From Bacilli bacterium (GTDB lineage: Bacteria > Bacillota_I > Bacilli_A > ML615J-28 > CAG-698), in NCBI GenBank assembly GCA_031553555.1, contig JAVBLL010000018.1, positions 62,191 through 126,190 of the forward strand: DNA of 64,000 bases, given 5' to 3'. Below are positions 1 through 9,889 of the stretch, piece after piece (within the stretch, counting starts at the first letter, position 1; the number at the start of each line of letters is the position of its first letter). The translations under genes were made by a program, and so were the position numbers. The notes beneath the pieces were generated by a model. It ran no database searches and had not been told where the DNA came from. It worked only from the letters and a program-made list of their open reading frames with translations.

Positions 1-33
1 CATTTTAATTTATTACTAAACAAAGTTTTATAA

Positions 34-2322
34 TTATTTTACTTTATCAAAAAAATGTCCATATGTAATATTAGAAAATGAATTACATTCATCATTTTCT
101 AGCTTGTTTTTCATATAAAGTTCAATTATTGACTTTGTCTCTTGATAATTTTCAATCGTGAAAACAAGCAAGCCTTTATTTATGCCTAATGCTTTTATCT
201 CATTTAATGAATGATATAAATGAAGCCTTTGAGAATTTAATAATCTTAAATTGCAACTATCGTCACGTTGTAATGTGAACTTATATCCAAAACGATCTTT
301 TAAAAAATATTGTTTTTTCAAACATTCTCTACAGTTCTTTTTTGAATATTCACATGCTTTATTAATTAAACAGTGTTTCATAATCATCAATTCATAATAG
401 CCATATAACATCATATATACATTAGGAATAGATTTATAATGCTTTTTGTATGAAACAAACATTTCTTTTACTTCATGCTTACTCATCTCTATGGATAGTC
501 CCACAAGTTCACTTCCTTGTTCATGCCAAAAAGCAACACTATGGGCATTAAAAACATTTAAATAATGGCTAGTTATTAACTGATTTCTTCCTACATATTG
601 ATAGTTTTGAACTACTCCTTTAATATCTTTTTCACTTTCAATTCTTGGTTTTACAAAAATAATTGTCTTCTTGCTATTTTGTGCATACTTAAGTAACTGT
701 TCATCTTCAACAAATACTACTTCAATATCACTTTCCAAAGCCGCCATTAACTGTTCTTTTGTATTGATTTGAACAATAATATTAAAATTTTTATCATACT
801 CTTTTCCAACGGGATAGTATATTTCTCCAAATATTCGCTCTGTTTCGTACTTCTTCATACGCTCAATCGTTAATGAATCTAGAGCTCGACGACGTAAATC
901 ATTGATTTCTCCAATAGGTAAAAAGATATCGTTAGTGTTATTTTCTATATTTACAAAACGATATACGGTTTGATTAGTTTTTTGTATTTGTTCTAATAGG
1001 CGCTTAGCCATAGATTCATTTTGCGCTTCTTGAACAATATTATTACTATATTCAATTATTTGAGCATCTTGACATTTAATCATTAATGCGAGATGGCCAT
1101 TTTCTATGAATAAAGAGCCTTCTATATCTATAATTTTTTTAGAATAATTCTTTAATTTTTTAATAAGTTTATCTGAACTAGTAAGTAAAACATCTGCACC
1201 TACATCCGCTTTTTTATGTGTCATTATTTGAATAGTCATTTCTGGATGAGCTATATTTATATTTTCGTTTCCATCCCACATTTCTGAAATAGTAATCCCA
1301 TCTTCTTCTTTGGAAGTAATTCTAATACTGTCATTTACATGTAATTCACTAATCAATTGAATATAACATTTTCTTCCATTGACTCGAATAACTTTCCCGA
1401 TTGTTTGACCAATATGATTACTTGTCTTTGTATTCGTAAACATGGAATTATTTTCATTAAACATAAATCCCTTAGTGAATTGTCTATTAAACATCAAAGA
1501 CATCTCATCAATTGATTGGTTAATATTAAAATATTTGTTTGTATCTAGACTATCAAGCATGTTCTTATAAGCACTAGTGACACTAGCAACATATTCAGGT
1601 TTCTTCATTCGCCCTTCAATTTTAAAAGATTCAATACCTATTTCAATTAGTTGTTTTAAATATGGAAGTGTTAATAAATCTTTAGGGCTTAACCAATATT
1701 CTGGCTTACTATCCTCATTGAGAGTATATGGTAAACGACAAGGTTGTGCACATCTTCCACGGTTACCGCTACGCTTGCCGATAAAAGATGACATATAGCA
1801 ATTTCCGGAATAACTCATACATAACGCCCCATGGACAAATACTTCTACTTCAATATCAACTTTATTTTTAATTTCCTTAATTATTTCATATGAACATTCT
1901 CTAGCTAATACGACTCTTTTGAATCCTAAACTTGCTAGAAATTTTGCCTGATTTAGAGAATGAATATTCATTTGCGTGGAAGCATGTAAAGCAAGAAAAG
2001 GATACTTTTGCTTGATTAATTTTGCTAAACCGATATCTTGAATAATTATAGCATCTATATAATTATTATACAAAAAAGCAATTAATTCTAAAGCTTCTTC
2101 CATCTCGCTATCTTTTATCAATGTATTAACTGTTGCATATACTTTCACATCTAATAAATGCGCATATTTTATTATTTCAACAATATTTTCATTAGAAAAA
2201 TTTTCAGCACTAGCTCTAGCACCAAATGCATAACCGCCTAAATAAATTGCATCAGCCCCATTATGTATAGCCGCCATAGCGGCTTCTTTGCTTCCTGCTG
2301 GAGATAGTAGTTCTGTTTTCAT
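34..2322 (-). CDS. Peptidase U32 family protein (long form with C-terminal extension)
   Basis: N-terminus MKTELLSPAGSKEAAMAAIHNGADAIYLGG matches the U32 collagenase-like (YhbU/YegQ/PrtC) signature. The GALCMSYSGNCYMSS Cys-rich segment is present. 762 aa with long C-terminal domain. RBS GGTGA 5 nt upstream of ATG. Confidence 0.8.
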   Translation of the reverse strand: MKTELLSPAGSKEAAMAAIHNGADAIYLGGYAFGARASAENFSNENIVEIIKYAHLLDVKVYATVNTLIKDSEMEEALELIAFLYNNYIDAIIIQDIGLAKLIKQKYPFLALHASTQMNIHSLNQAKFLASLGFKRVVLARECSYEIIKEIKNKVDIEVEVFVHGALCMSYSGNCYMSSFIGKRSGNRGRCAQPCRLPYTLNEDSKPEYWLSPKDLLTLPYLKQLIEIGIESFKIEGRMKKPEYVASVTSAYKNMLDSLDTNKYFNINQSIDEMSLMFNRQFTKGFMFNENNSMFTNTKTSNHIGQTIGKVIRVNGRKCYIQLISELHVNDSIRITSKEEDGITISEMWDGNENINIAHPEMTIQIMTHKKADVGADVLLTSSDKLIKKLKNYSKKIIDIEGSLFIENGHLALMIKCQDAQIIEYSNNIVQEAQNESMAKRLLEQIQKTNQTVYRFVNIENNTNDIFLPIGEINDLRRRALDSLTIERMKKYETERIFGEIYYPVGKEYDKNFNIIVQINTKEQLMAALESDIEVVFVEDEQLLKYAQNSKKTIIFVKPRIESEKDIKGVVQNYQYVGRNQLITSHYLNVFNAHSVAFWHEQGSELVGLSIEMSKHEVKEMFVSYKKHYKSIPNVYMMLYGYYELMIMKHCLINKACEYSKKNCRECLKKQYFLKDRFGYKFTLQRDDSCNLRLLNSQRLHLYHSLNEIKALGINKGLLVFTIENYQETKSIIELYMKNKLENDECNSFSNITYGHFFDKVK

Positions 2323-2466
2323 ATTTCACCATTTATAATTATTCATATAATATTATACCATAATAGATATATTTAAAAAAGAAAAATATAGGAGATTAAA
2401 TATTAAAATTCAAAAGAAAAAAAGTAATTTTATCAAAAACAAATAATTAGGCTAATTTGGCAATAT

Positions 2467-2517
2467 AAAAGCCATATTTTATTTCCATTCTTAAGGATTT
2501 AAAATATGGCTATTTTC
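2467..2517 (-). terminator. Hairpin terminator downstream of ABC/FtsX gene (13-bp AT-rich stem AAGCCATATTTTA/TAAAATATGGCT)
   Basis: Inverted repeat 2469-2481 / 2500-2512 with 18-nt loop. U-rich tract follows on the minus strand. Confidence 0.4.
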
Positions 2518-2793
2518 ATTAGAATTTATGATAGATACTGTTTTATTTATACTAATTTTCAGCTATATTTAAAATTTATAATATATTTCAAATCTTAGTG
2601 GGAAACTACAAAACTATTTCTATCTTAAGAATGAATTTTCATCTCGTCATAAATAAACTATATCATTGTTCATTAATTATCAAATATAAGTACCACATCA
2701 TATAATATTGCTGTATATTGAATAGTGGTTGCATTCATTCGAACCGGAAAAACATAGAAAGTAAGCATGTCATTGTATGGATACTACGTATAA

Positions 2794-5760
2794 TTAAGAT
2801 GTTCTGATTGTCTCAACAGGATGTTTGGAAGCAATTTTATAAACCGGCAAGAAACTAGATATAAAGGCCGTAACCACACTAATAATAAACATAATAATAA
2901 ATTGTCTTATTGTAAGATTCAAAATGCTCAAGCCAAGCTGGAGAGCAATTTGTTTATTAATAATATTACATGCAACAACTGCAACTGTGAAAGCTATCAC
3001 AAAACTTATACATGCAATAATGAAACTTTCACTGAAGAATATACTGAAAACATCTTTGCTTCTGGCACCAACTGCTCTCAAAATACCAATTTCACGCTTT
3101 TTATAACTAATACTTGTGGAAATAAAATTCAATAGTAATAGGGCAGAAAAAATTGCAAAGCCAATGCCGATATATAAAAATATTTTGGCCAATCTTTCTA
3201 TCATTGAGTTAATATTATTTAACGATGAGGTAACCGCATTTTGCAATGTATATTTTATATTATCATTTTCCTCATAAGAAAATTTTATTAATTCCATATC
3301 TTGAGCCTTATTCTGCTTAAAATCCGTAATGATATAAGCTATATTCCCTGTTTCACCAAACATAGTTTTATATTGACCTTTATTAAATATTAGAACTGGA
3401 GATCCATAGATATCTGGAATATTTACTAAGCCAACTATTTTCATTGGATAATCAACCATTTCATAACCATAATAATCTTTTGTGATTACTCGCTGATTTG
3501 TTTTAAAAATAAAATCTATGGATGCACCAAATTGATTTTTAATATCTTCAAGAATCTTTTCTAACATTATTTCATTATTTACTTCATTATGAGATTTTCC
3601 AAAGATTGTTGTATCCTCGGGAATCATATTCATATATGCTTCTAATAAACTAGAAGATTCCAAAAAATAATCCAAAGAAATATGTGCTTCCTCTTCAGTA
3701 TAACCGTGGGAAATATATCTATTTATCAATAAATTCGTCATTTGTATACTATGCAATGATTCATTATATCGACTTTCAAAATAATCATAAGTTGACAAAG
3801 AAATATCAATATGTATATTTTCAGAAATTTTATAATTAGTATAATTAATAAAATCATTAAAATCTATCAATATTTCATTAGAATCTAATGTCGTCTTGTT
3901 TTTGTCAAAAAAATATGAATTATCATCCTTTTTATTAAAAAACCCGAGATAATCTATATAATAAATAGAATCATTGTTTTCATAAAAACTCTCATTTTTA
4001 GCATAAGAATAGACAATGTCTTGTTGTTTTTCTTGATAGTCATTGTTAAAGAAGCAAAGTGTATGATAGCTAAAAGATTTTACGGCTTCCAACTCAGAAT
4101 ATAATAAATATTCATCAATACTACTTGGATAAGCAATTTTGAACTTTTCATATCTGAAACCATTAAAATTTGTATCGATAATAGCTGTAATTTTAAAATT
4201 TTGATTATCGATGTTCAAAATTTTTCCAACCATATCACTTATATTATTAATTTCAACCTTATTTCCCGTATTATAATCACGATATTTATAATCCACAAAA
4301 GACTCCGCCATATAACTAGTTATGGCAATTTCATTTTCATTAGCTGGATATGTCCCAGTTATACTATATCCTTTGGTTGTTATTGTAGCCGCATCACTAA
4401 TTATATATCCACTATATTGGTAAACATAATATTGATAATTTGGATAATTAAATAAATTTCCTATGGAACTGCTATTAAATGAATATACTTTATCAAATTT
4501 ATAATTACTAAATTTCGACTCAATTTCCACAACATCTTCATCATTCATTCTGGTGTTTTCGAAATATTTATAATCTGAATCTAGATAATGATTTATTCCT
4601 TTTGAAAAAGTTGCATAATTAATATTTTGTTCAATAATTGAATTATAAGCAGTTAAATATTTATCATAAGCCCCCAAAGTATCAACGAGACCAAATAAAG
4701 CAAAAGCAATGGCGGATAATAATATGGTCATTACCAGTCTTACCGGCTTTATTTTCAATCCACTAGCACCCATTCTCACGGAATGGCGGAATGGCAAGGC
4801 TGATTTAATCATTTTAAAATCTTTTGCATTATATTCTTTAATATCCAGATTTTTTAATTCCGTTTTTTCAAAAGAATCCTTATTGCCTTCCTCATCAATG
4901 CGGGACTGTTTTCTGAAATCGCGATTAGATTTTGAGCTTTTTGATATTATTAAATCGTTATCATCATTATCTAAAAATTGTAAGATTTTGTTTTTTTCAG
5001 TTTCTGTCAGTTTCTTTCCCTTTTTTACATGCAAAATCGTATTATCAATAACACTGATATTATCAGTTACAGAAACAGACTGAGCAGTATATTTCTTGAT
5101 ATCGCTAAGAATTTTTCCATCAGCAAATTCAATTACACGATCACCATAAAATTCTGCATACTCTCTATCATGAGAAATAATAATAACAAGTTTTTCTTTT
5201 GATAATTTTTGTAAAGTTTCAAAAACCTGTCTTCCTGTATTAGAATCCAGCGCACCCGTTGGTTCATCGGCCATGATAATTTCCGGATCTTTAATTAGCG
5301 CCCTGGCAATAGCAACTCGTTGTTTTTGACCACCTGATAATTCCATAGGCTTTCGATTTGCATATCCCACTAAATCAACTTGGTCTAAGATATTATCGAT
5401 TTCCTCTTGATTCGCTTTTTTGCCTTGAAGTTCAAGCGCTAAAGCTATGTTTTGTCCAACTGTAAATTCATTTAAAATATTATACTCTTGAAAAACAAAT
5501 CCTATAAAAGTATTACGATAACTATCAAAATCTGATTGATTAAAATCTTTAGATGATCTTCCTTTAACTATCACTGCACCGCTTGTTATACTATCTAGGC
5601 CACCCATTAAATTGAGTAGTGTTGATTTTCCAGACCCTGATCTACCCAATATAAATACCATTCCTCTTTCTTCAAACGTAATGCTCACATTGTCTAAGGC
5701 AATAACAGGTTTTCCTTTTTTTGGTTTATAAATTTTTGTTAGATTTTTTACTTCTAGCAT
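2794..5760 (-). CDS. Fused ABC transporter: N-terminal ATP-binding domain + C-terminal FtsX/MacB-type permease with large extracytoplasmic domain
   Basis: Walker A GRSGSGKST, ABC signature LSGGQKQRVAIARAL, Walker B IIMADEPT at N-terminus. TM helix, a ~500-aa Y/N-rich extracellular region, then FtsX helices (ILRAVGARSKDVFSIF). Confidence 0.8.
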   Translation of the reverse strand: MLEVKNLTKIYKPKKGKPVIALDNVSITFEERGMVFILGRSGSGKSTLLNLMGGLDSITSGAVIVKGRSSKDFNQSDFDSYRNTFIGFVFQEYNILNEFTVGQNIALALELQGKKANQEEIDNILDQVDLVGYANRKPMELSGGQKQRVAIARALIKDPEIIMADEPTGALDSNTGRQVFETLQKLSKEKLVIIISHDREYAEFYGDRVIEFADGKILSDIKKYTAQSVSVTDNISVIDNTILHVKKGKKLTETEKNKILQFLDNDDNDLIISKSSKSNRDFRKQSRIDEEGNKDSFEKTELKNLDIKEYNAKDFKMIKSALPFRHSVRMGASGLKIKPVRLVMTILLSAIAFALFGLVDTLGAYDKYLTAYNSIIEQNINYATFSKGINHYLDSDYKYFENTRMNDEDVVEIESKFSNYKFDKVYSFNSSSIGNLFNYPNYQYYVYQYSGYIISDAATITTKGYSITGTYPANENEIAITSYMAESFVDYKYRDYNTGNKVEINNISDMVGKILNIDNQNFKITAIIDTNFNGFRYEKFKIAYPSSIDEYLLYSELEAVKSFSYHTLCFFNNDYQEKQQDIVYSYAKNESFYENNDSIYYIDYLGFFNKKDDNSYFFDKNKTTLDSNEILIDFNDFINYTNYKISENIHIDISLSTYDYFESRYNESLHSIQMTNLLINRYISHGYTEEEAHISLDYFLESSSLLEAYMNMIPEDTTIFGKSHNEVNNEIMLEKILEDIKNQFGASIDFIFKTNQRVITKDYYGYEMVDYPMKIVGLVNIPDIYGSPVLIFNKGQYKTMFGETGNIAYIITDFKQNKAQDMELIKFSYEENDNIKYTLQNAVTSSLNNINSMIERLAKIFLYIGIGFAIFSALLLLNFISTSISYKKREIGILRAVGARSKDVFSIFFSESFIIACISFVIAFTVAVVACNIINKQIALQLGLSILNLTIRQFIIMFIISVVTAFISSFLPVYKIASKHPVETIRTS

Positions 5761-5904
5761 ATATCCTCCCTAATGCTAATATCCTGCATTATTTCATACT
5801 AGTAATAATTTATATAGGTGATGCTTTAATAAATAAATTTGTATTATGTTGTTCTTGTATTATTAACTATTATTAATATTCTAACATTGCTATAATTATT
5901 TGTC

Positions 5905-5936
5905 AATAAAAAAAGAATCAGTCACCTGATTCTAAA
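5905..5936 (-). terminator. Rho-independent terminator of fakB-like gene
   Basis: Stem AGAATCAG/CTGATTCT (5914-5921/5926-5933), 4-nt loop, preceded by an A7 run (U-run on minus strand). Confidence 0.55.
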
Positions 5937-5946
5937 ACATCAATAT

Positions 5947-6792
5947 TTATTTCTTCAAAATATATAAAATACCAATAGTACGTGGTCCACAATGTGAAGC
6001 AATCACACAACTAGCGTGCGTCACTAATATTTTTATACCTTCAACCTTACCACTCACTTGTTCCATTAAATATTTTTCGTCTTCTTCAGCCAAGCAATGT
6101 GTAATAGTCATATAATCATTATCAATATTATCATGGTCTTTTTCAAAATTAGCCAACATAACATTTAAAGCTTTTAAAAAACCAATTGGTTTTTTTGTAA
6201 CCAACATTTCACCATCAGCAACTTGAATAATTGGTTTTAATCTTAAAGTTGTTCCTACAAGCCGGGCTGTTCCGCTGCACCTTCCACCCATATGCAAATA
6301 TTTTAATGTATTAATAGCAAACTGAACGCGGACTAGTGGTACTATTGCCCTTACTTTTTCAGCTATTTCTTTAGCACTATTTCCTTCCGCTCTAAATTTA
6401 CATGCCTTTAATACTAATAACCCTGTACCTGCACTCAAATTTTTGCTATCTACAACATAAACATTTTCAAATTCTGAAGCTGCTAACATCGAGGCGTTAT
6501 AGCTACTTGAAAAACCTGAGCCCAATCCAATTAAAATTATGTCATATTCAGAAGTATATTTTTGAAAAATTTCTTTATATGATTCAGGAGATACAGCTGC
6601 AGTTTTGGGAAGTTCTTTATACTTTTCAACTAAATCAAATAATGATTTTTTAATTACTGGATCATCATCGCTATATTGCTTATCGCCAATACTAATTGTA
6701 AAATGTATTAATTGAATATTTTCTTTTTCAATGATTTCGGGATTTAAATCACAACTCCCATCACTAATAATCATAACTTTCTTTTTGTTCAT
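5947..6792 (-). CDS. fakB: DegV family fatty-acid-binding protein (FakB paralog)
   Basis: MIISDGSCDL N-terminus and overall DegV/EDD fold signature. 281 aa. Confidence 0.8.
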   Translation of the reverse strand: MNKKKVMIISDGSCDLNPEIIEKENIQLIHFTISIGDKQYSDDDPVIKKSLFDLVEKYKELPKTAAVSPESYKEIFQKYTSEYDIILIGLGSGFSSSYNASMLAASEFENVYVVDSKNLSAGTGLLVLKACKFRAEGNSAKEIAEKVRAIVPLVRVQFAINTLKYLHMGGRCSGTARLVGTTLRLKPIIQVADGEMLVTKKPIGFLKALNVMLANFEKDHDNIDNDYMTITHCLAEEDEKYLMEQVSGKVEGIKILVTHASCVIASHCGPRTIGILYILKK

Positions 6793-6793
6793 A

Positions 6794-7585
6794 TTATTCC
6801 CCTTTAATAAAATTATTCAAATCCTTTTCATATTGCATTAGATCTTGTTCATCATTATACAATATTTCTAAACAATACAACTCTTTATAAAAAGCTAATT
6901 TGTGAAAAAGTGATTTAAAGTCAATTGTGCCACTTCCCATTGGAGCATGACTATCTTTTGTCCCATCATTATCGCTAATATGTAGATGCCATAAATAATC
7001 ATTTAAGACGTCAAAGTATTCCATAGCGTTGTATTCGCTAACATGTGCATGTCCAAAATCAAAAATGAATTTTAAATTATCTCGTTTTGTTTTAATAATA
7101 ATATCCTTTATTTCTAATGGACTATAGCCAATTTCATTATCTCCAGGCATATTTTCAATCATTATATTAGCCGGATATGCATAATCACATAATACACCTA
7201 GTGTCGCAATACTTTTCTCAATTAAAGCATTGCGGTCACGAACTTCACCATTCACTTTTTGATAACCTAAATGAAGAGTTAACTTCTTAACTTTAAATAA
7301 TTTGCTGTAGTCGATAGCCCTTTTAAATCGATCTAAGACCATTTCATATTCCTTAATTGAACAAAGATCATTTAATGGTCCATGAGGCAAATGTAGAACC
7401 ACCTCGATATTATATTTCATTAAATTCAAAACATTTTTTTGATATATGGATATTTCCTCATCTGTTTTATTATAAGGATAGAATATTTCAATTGCCTGAA
7501 ATAAGTTTTTTTGAAACAACACATCATAGCTTTTGAATTCTTCAGTATTTCTATTCGGGTTAATTGTGAAACATTTTTTTATCAT
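6794..7585 (-). CDS. Sugar phosphate isomerase/epimerase (xylose-isomerase-like TIM barrel, AP-endonuclease-2 fold)
   Basis: FDFGHAHV...WHLHISDNDG...HAPMG metal-binding motifs. ORF-track start at 7612 is a GTG overlapping the upstream gene. ATG at 7585 (MIKKCF) has AGGGA RBS 5 nt upstream and abuts the upstream stop codon. Confidence 0.6.
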   Translation of the reverse strand: MIKKCFTINPNRNTEEFKSYDVLFQKNLFQAIEIFYPYNKTDEEISIYQKNVLNLMKYNIEVVLHLPHGPLNDLCSIKEYEMVLDRFKRAIDYSKLFKVKKLTLHLGYQKVNGEVRDRNALIEKSIATLGVLCDYAYPANIMIENMPGDNEIGYSPLEIKDIIIKTKRDNLKFIFDFGHAHVSEYNAMEYFDVLNDYLWHLHISDNDGTKDSHAPMGSGTIDFKSLFHKLAFYKELYCLEILYNDEQDLMQYEKDLNNFIKGE

Positions 7586-7593
7586 ATAAATCC

Positions 7594-9045
7594 CTAAATA
7601 TTCGGTGTCCACTGCTCATCATTTTGACAAGCATCTCTTACAGCCTGAATTAAATAATCTCTAAATAAAATTCCTGTTTCTGTTTGATTTTGACCTTTTA
7701 AAAATGGATATGTTGATTTATCAAAAACATAATCAATAGTTGCCACTTTTACAAGCTCAGCACTATTTTTTTCCACTCCATTAATATATAAAGAATTGTT
7801 AGTTATAGTTACATTACCACTATAAATTATGTCTGAGCCATTGCAAGCTTTAATAGCATCACTAACAGTCAATTCACATGTCTTAACAAAATTATCAAAA
7901 GGCATCAAAAGCCACATTCTACCAACGGTTATTGAATCGCCCTTATTAATAGGAAAGGCATTTGCCCTAATCCCACCATAATTGACCATACCAATTTCCA
8001 TGTCGGAGTAAGTGTAAATAACATTTGCCGCCCACTTTGCGCCATCCATTCTAGATACATTAGTACCAGCAATACCTAATACTTCATCCGAAACAATTGA
8101 CACTTCAGCATTGAATTTGTCGATAATATTATCAATTTCACTATTTGAAGATATTAAGTTTTTCGAAACCTTGATATTTTCCGCTGAAACTTCAATTACC
8201 TTCTTTAGATTATTGTTATATTTCAAAGTAATTTTTCCAATATGACTTCCGGATGAACCACTTTGTAAATATGGTAAGTAATCACCATCTTGTCTCATAG
8301 TTTCTCCGGCATACTGTAAATGAGTATGAGCATTAAAAACTGCATCAATTTTTTCATCTCCACTCAAATCAGCAATTTGTTGATTCATGGAAACTGTGTC
8401 ATCATGAGCAGCAAGAAGAACAATATCGCAATTCTTTACATTTCTTAATTCTTTTGCGTATGTTTTAACAATCGGAACTATATATCTGAATTCATATGGT
8501 TCAATAAACTTCGTTGCTATTGAACTTGTTAAACTACTGCCAATAACACCAATAATGCCAATTTTTAAATTTCCTCTTTCAATAATAGTATATGGTTCAC
8601 ACCAATCTACAGGTTCAGATGTTGCTTTATTATATATGTTTGCACAAATTAATGGAAATTTTGCTTTCACATCCATTTTGTCACTATTATATTTAGCGAT
8701 GATATCACTTCCCCAATCAAATTCATGATTGCCTATGGTCATTGAATCAAAACCAATTTCATTCATAATTTCTACAACAACTCCACCCATCGTCATATTC
8801 GACAATGCACTACCTTGAAACATATCCCCAGAAGAAATTATTAATGTGTGTTTTGGATCTTTTTCTTTTTCTTTTATTAAATAATTACCTATGACACTAA
8901 GGCCACCCTGATCATTTATTACTGAACCATGGAAGTCATTTAAGGAAAAAATTGTATATGTTGAAAACTCTCCTATTTCATCATCACAACCAATCATTGC
9001 AATAGATAGCAGCATTAATATTATATAAGCAAATACTTTTTTCAT
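7594..9045 (-). CDS. Bifunctional metallophosphatase/5'-nucleotidase lipoprotein
   Basis: Signal peptide plus lipobox MKKVFAYIILMLLSIAMIGC. Calcineurin-like motifs LNDFHG, GNHEFDWG. Start moved from the GTG at 9066 to the ATG at 9045, which is preceded by GGAGGA. Confidence 0.75.
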   Translation of the reverse strand: MKKVFAYIILMLLSIAMIGCDDEIGEFSTYTIFSLNDFHGSVINDQGGLSVIGNYLIKEKEKDPKHTLIISSGDMFQGSALSNMTMGGVVVEIMNEIGFDSMTIGNHEFDWGSDIIAKYNSDKMDVKAKFPLICANIYNKATSEPVDWCEPYTIIERGNLKIGIIGVIGSSLTSSIATKFIEPYEFRYIVPIVKTYAKELRNVKNCDIVLLAAHDDTVSMNQQIADLSGDEKIDAVFNAHTHLQYAGETMRQDGDYLPYLQSGSSGSHIGKITLKYNNNLKKVIEVSAENIKVSKNLISSNSEIDNIIDKFNAEVSIVSDEVLGIAGTNVSRMDGAKWAANVIYTYSDMEIGMVNYGGIRANAFPINKGDSITVGRMWLLMPFDNFVKTCELTVSDAIKACNGSDIIYSGNVTITNNSLYINGVEKNSAELVKVATIDYVFDKSTYPFLKGQNQTETGILFRDYLIQAVRDACQNDEQWTPNI

Positions 9046-9077
9046 TATTAATTCGTCCTCCATCACTTCTATACATT

Positions 9078-9860
9078 TTATTCTTTTTCAAATAATTCAA
9101 TATCAACATAATAATATTTATCATTTTGGGGATCAATAAACACATTAATTTCTCGATTAATATAAGTAATAGCCGCATTTCTAGCATATACTCTATCACT
9201 CACATAAAATTTTTCTTCCTTAGTCTCTTCATCAATATATACACAGGTCACTTTGAACGGATGTTTATTAAAACGTCCTTCCCTACTGCTTTCATCAACA
9301 TATAATATTTTAGCAGTTACTTTTTGACCATTCTTTTTCATATATCTCACAGCAATTTTATTATTTATTATAATTAATATGCTAATAAGTCCTCCAAAAA
9401 ATAACATACATCCAACAATTAGTCCTAACCATATTGAAAAGTGCTCGCCACTATCATAAACGAATTTTGATGAATCTTTTGGGTTAACATAAATTACGAT
9501 TTCCTGAGCTAAAAAAAAATTAGCAGAATAATAACCAAGTTCAGCATAGTAAATTTCTTCGTTATACATATATCTAATAATAATTGCTACAGTGGTATTT
9601 TCGTCAATTATTTCTAAATCTTGATATTCCTTTAATATTTGTTGATAATCTTCAAATAACGAAAAATATTCATCTTTATTATCCTCTGTTGCAATAGGGG
9701 GACTAACAATATCATGAATATATGCAATTGTTTCAATTCCATTATTTTTTTCAACGCTTAGATTAATTAGAAAATAACCAGTTAATAAAAGTAATATTAA
9801 TCCAATTATTATTAAAAGGATGGGAACTGCTTTTTTATTGATACTATTTAAACCTTTCAT
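9078..9860 (-). CDS. Membrane protein, two TM helices with DUF3592-like C-terminal beta domain (function unknown)
   Basis: N-terminal TM (PILLIIIGLILLLLTGYFLI), central TM (IWLGLIVGCMLFFGGLISILIII). The C-terminal pattern GQKVTAKILYVD...KFYVSDRVY resembles DUF3592. Confidence 0.4.
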   Translation of the reverse strand: MKGLNSINKKAVPILLIIIGLILLLLTGYFLINLSVEKNNGIETIAYIHDIVSPPIATEDNKDEYFSLFEDYQQILKEYQDLEIIDENTTVAIIIRYMYNEEIYYAELGYYSANFFLAQEIVIYVNPKDSSKFVYDSGEHFSIWLGLIVGCMLFFGGLISILIIINNKIAVRYMKKNGQKVTAKILYVDESSREGRFNKHPFKVTCVYIDEETKEEKFYVSDRVYARNAAITYINREINVFIDPQNDKYYYVDIELFEKE

Positions 9861-9889
9861 ATATTACTATCTCCTATTTTTGTAAATAA

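Noticed and set aside
1577-1798. Plus-strand ORFs nested inside long minus-strand genes (e.g. 1577-1798, 2821-3135, 2924-3106, 4201-4455, 4709-5083, 15837-16178, 23435-23623, 33326-33589, 48538-48748, 51357-51910)
   Set aside because: They lie wholly within much longer, homology-supported CDSs on the opposite strand and have low-complexity I/L/F/S-rich translations typical of AT-rich antisense frames. They lack RBSs, so they are shadow ORFs.
2725-2750. GGTTGCATTCATTCGAACCGG, reminiscent of a tRNA T-arm (TTCGAA)
   Set aside because: No acceptor, D or anticodon arms can be formed from the flanking AT-rich sequence. It is too short and isolated to be a tRNA or tmRNA.
7586-7612. GTG/extended starts from the ORF track for the TIM-barrel gene (7612), 5'-nucleotidase (9066), amidase (38112), GNAT (19310) and thioredoxin-like lipoprotein (41253)
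   Set aside because: In each case an internal ATG with a proper Shine-Dalgarno sequence gives a sensible N-terminus (signal peptide or conserved domain start). The extensions overlap upstream genes or terminators.
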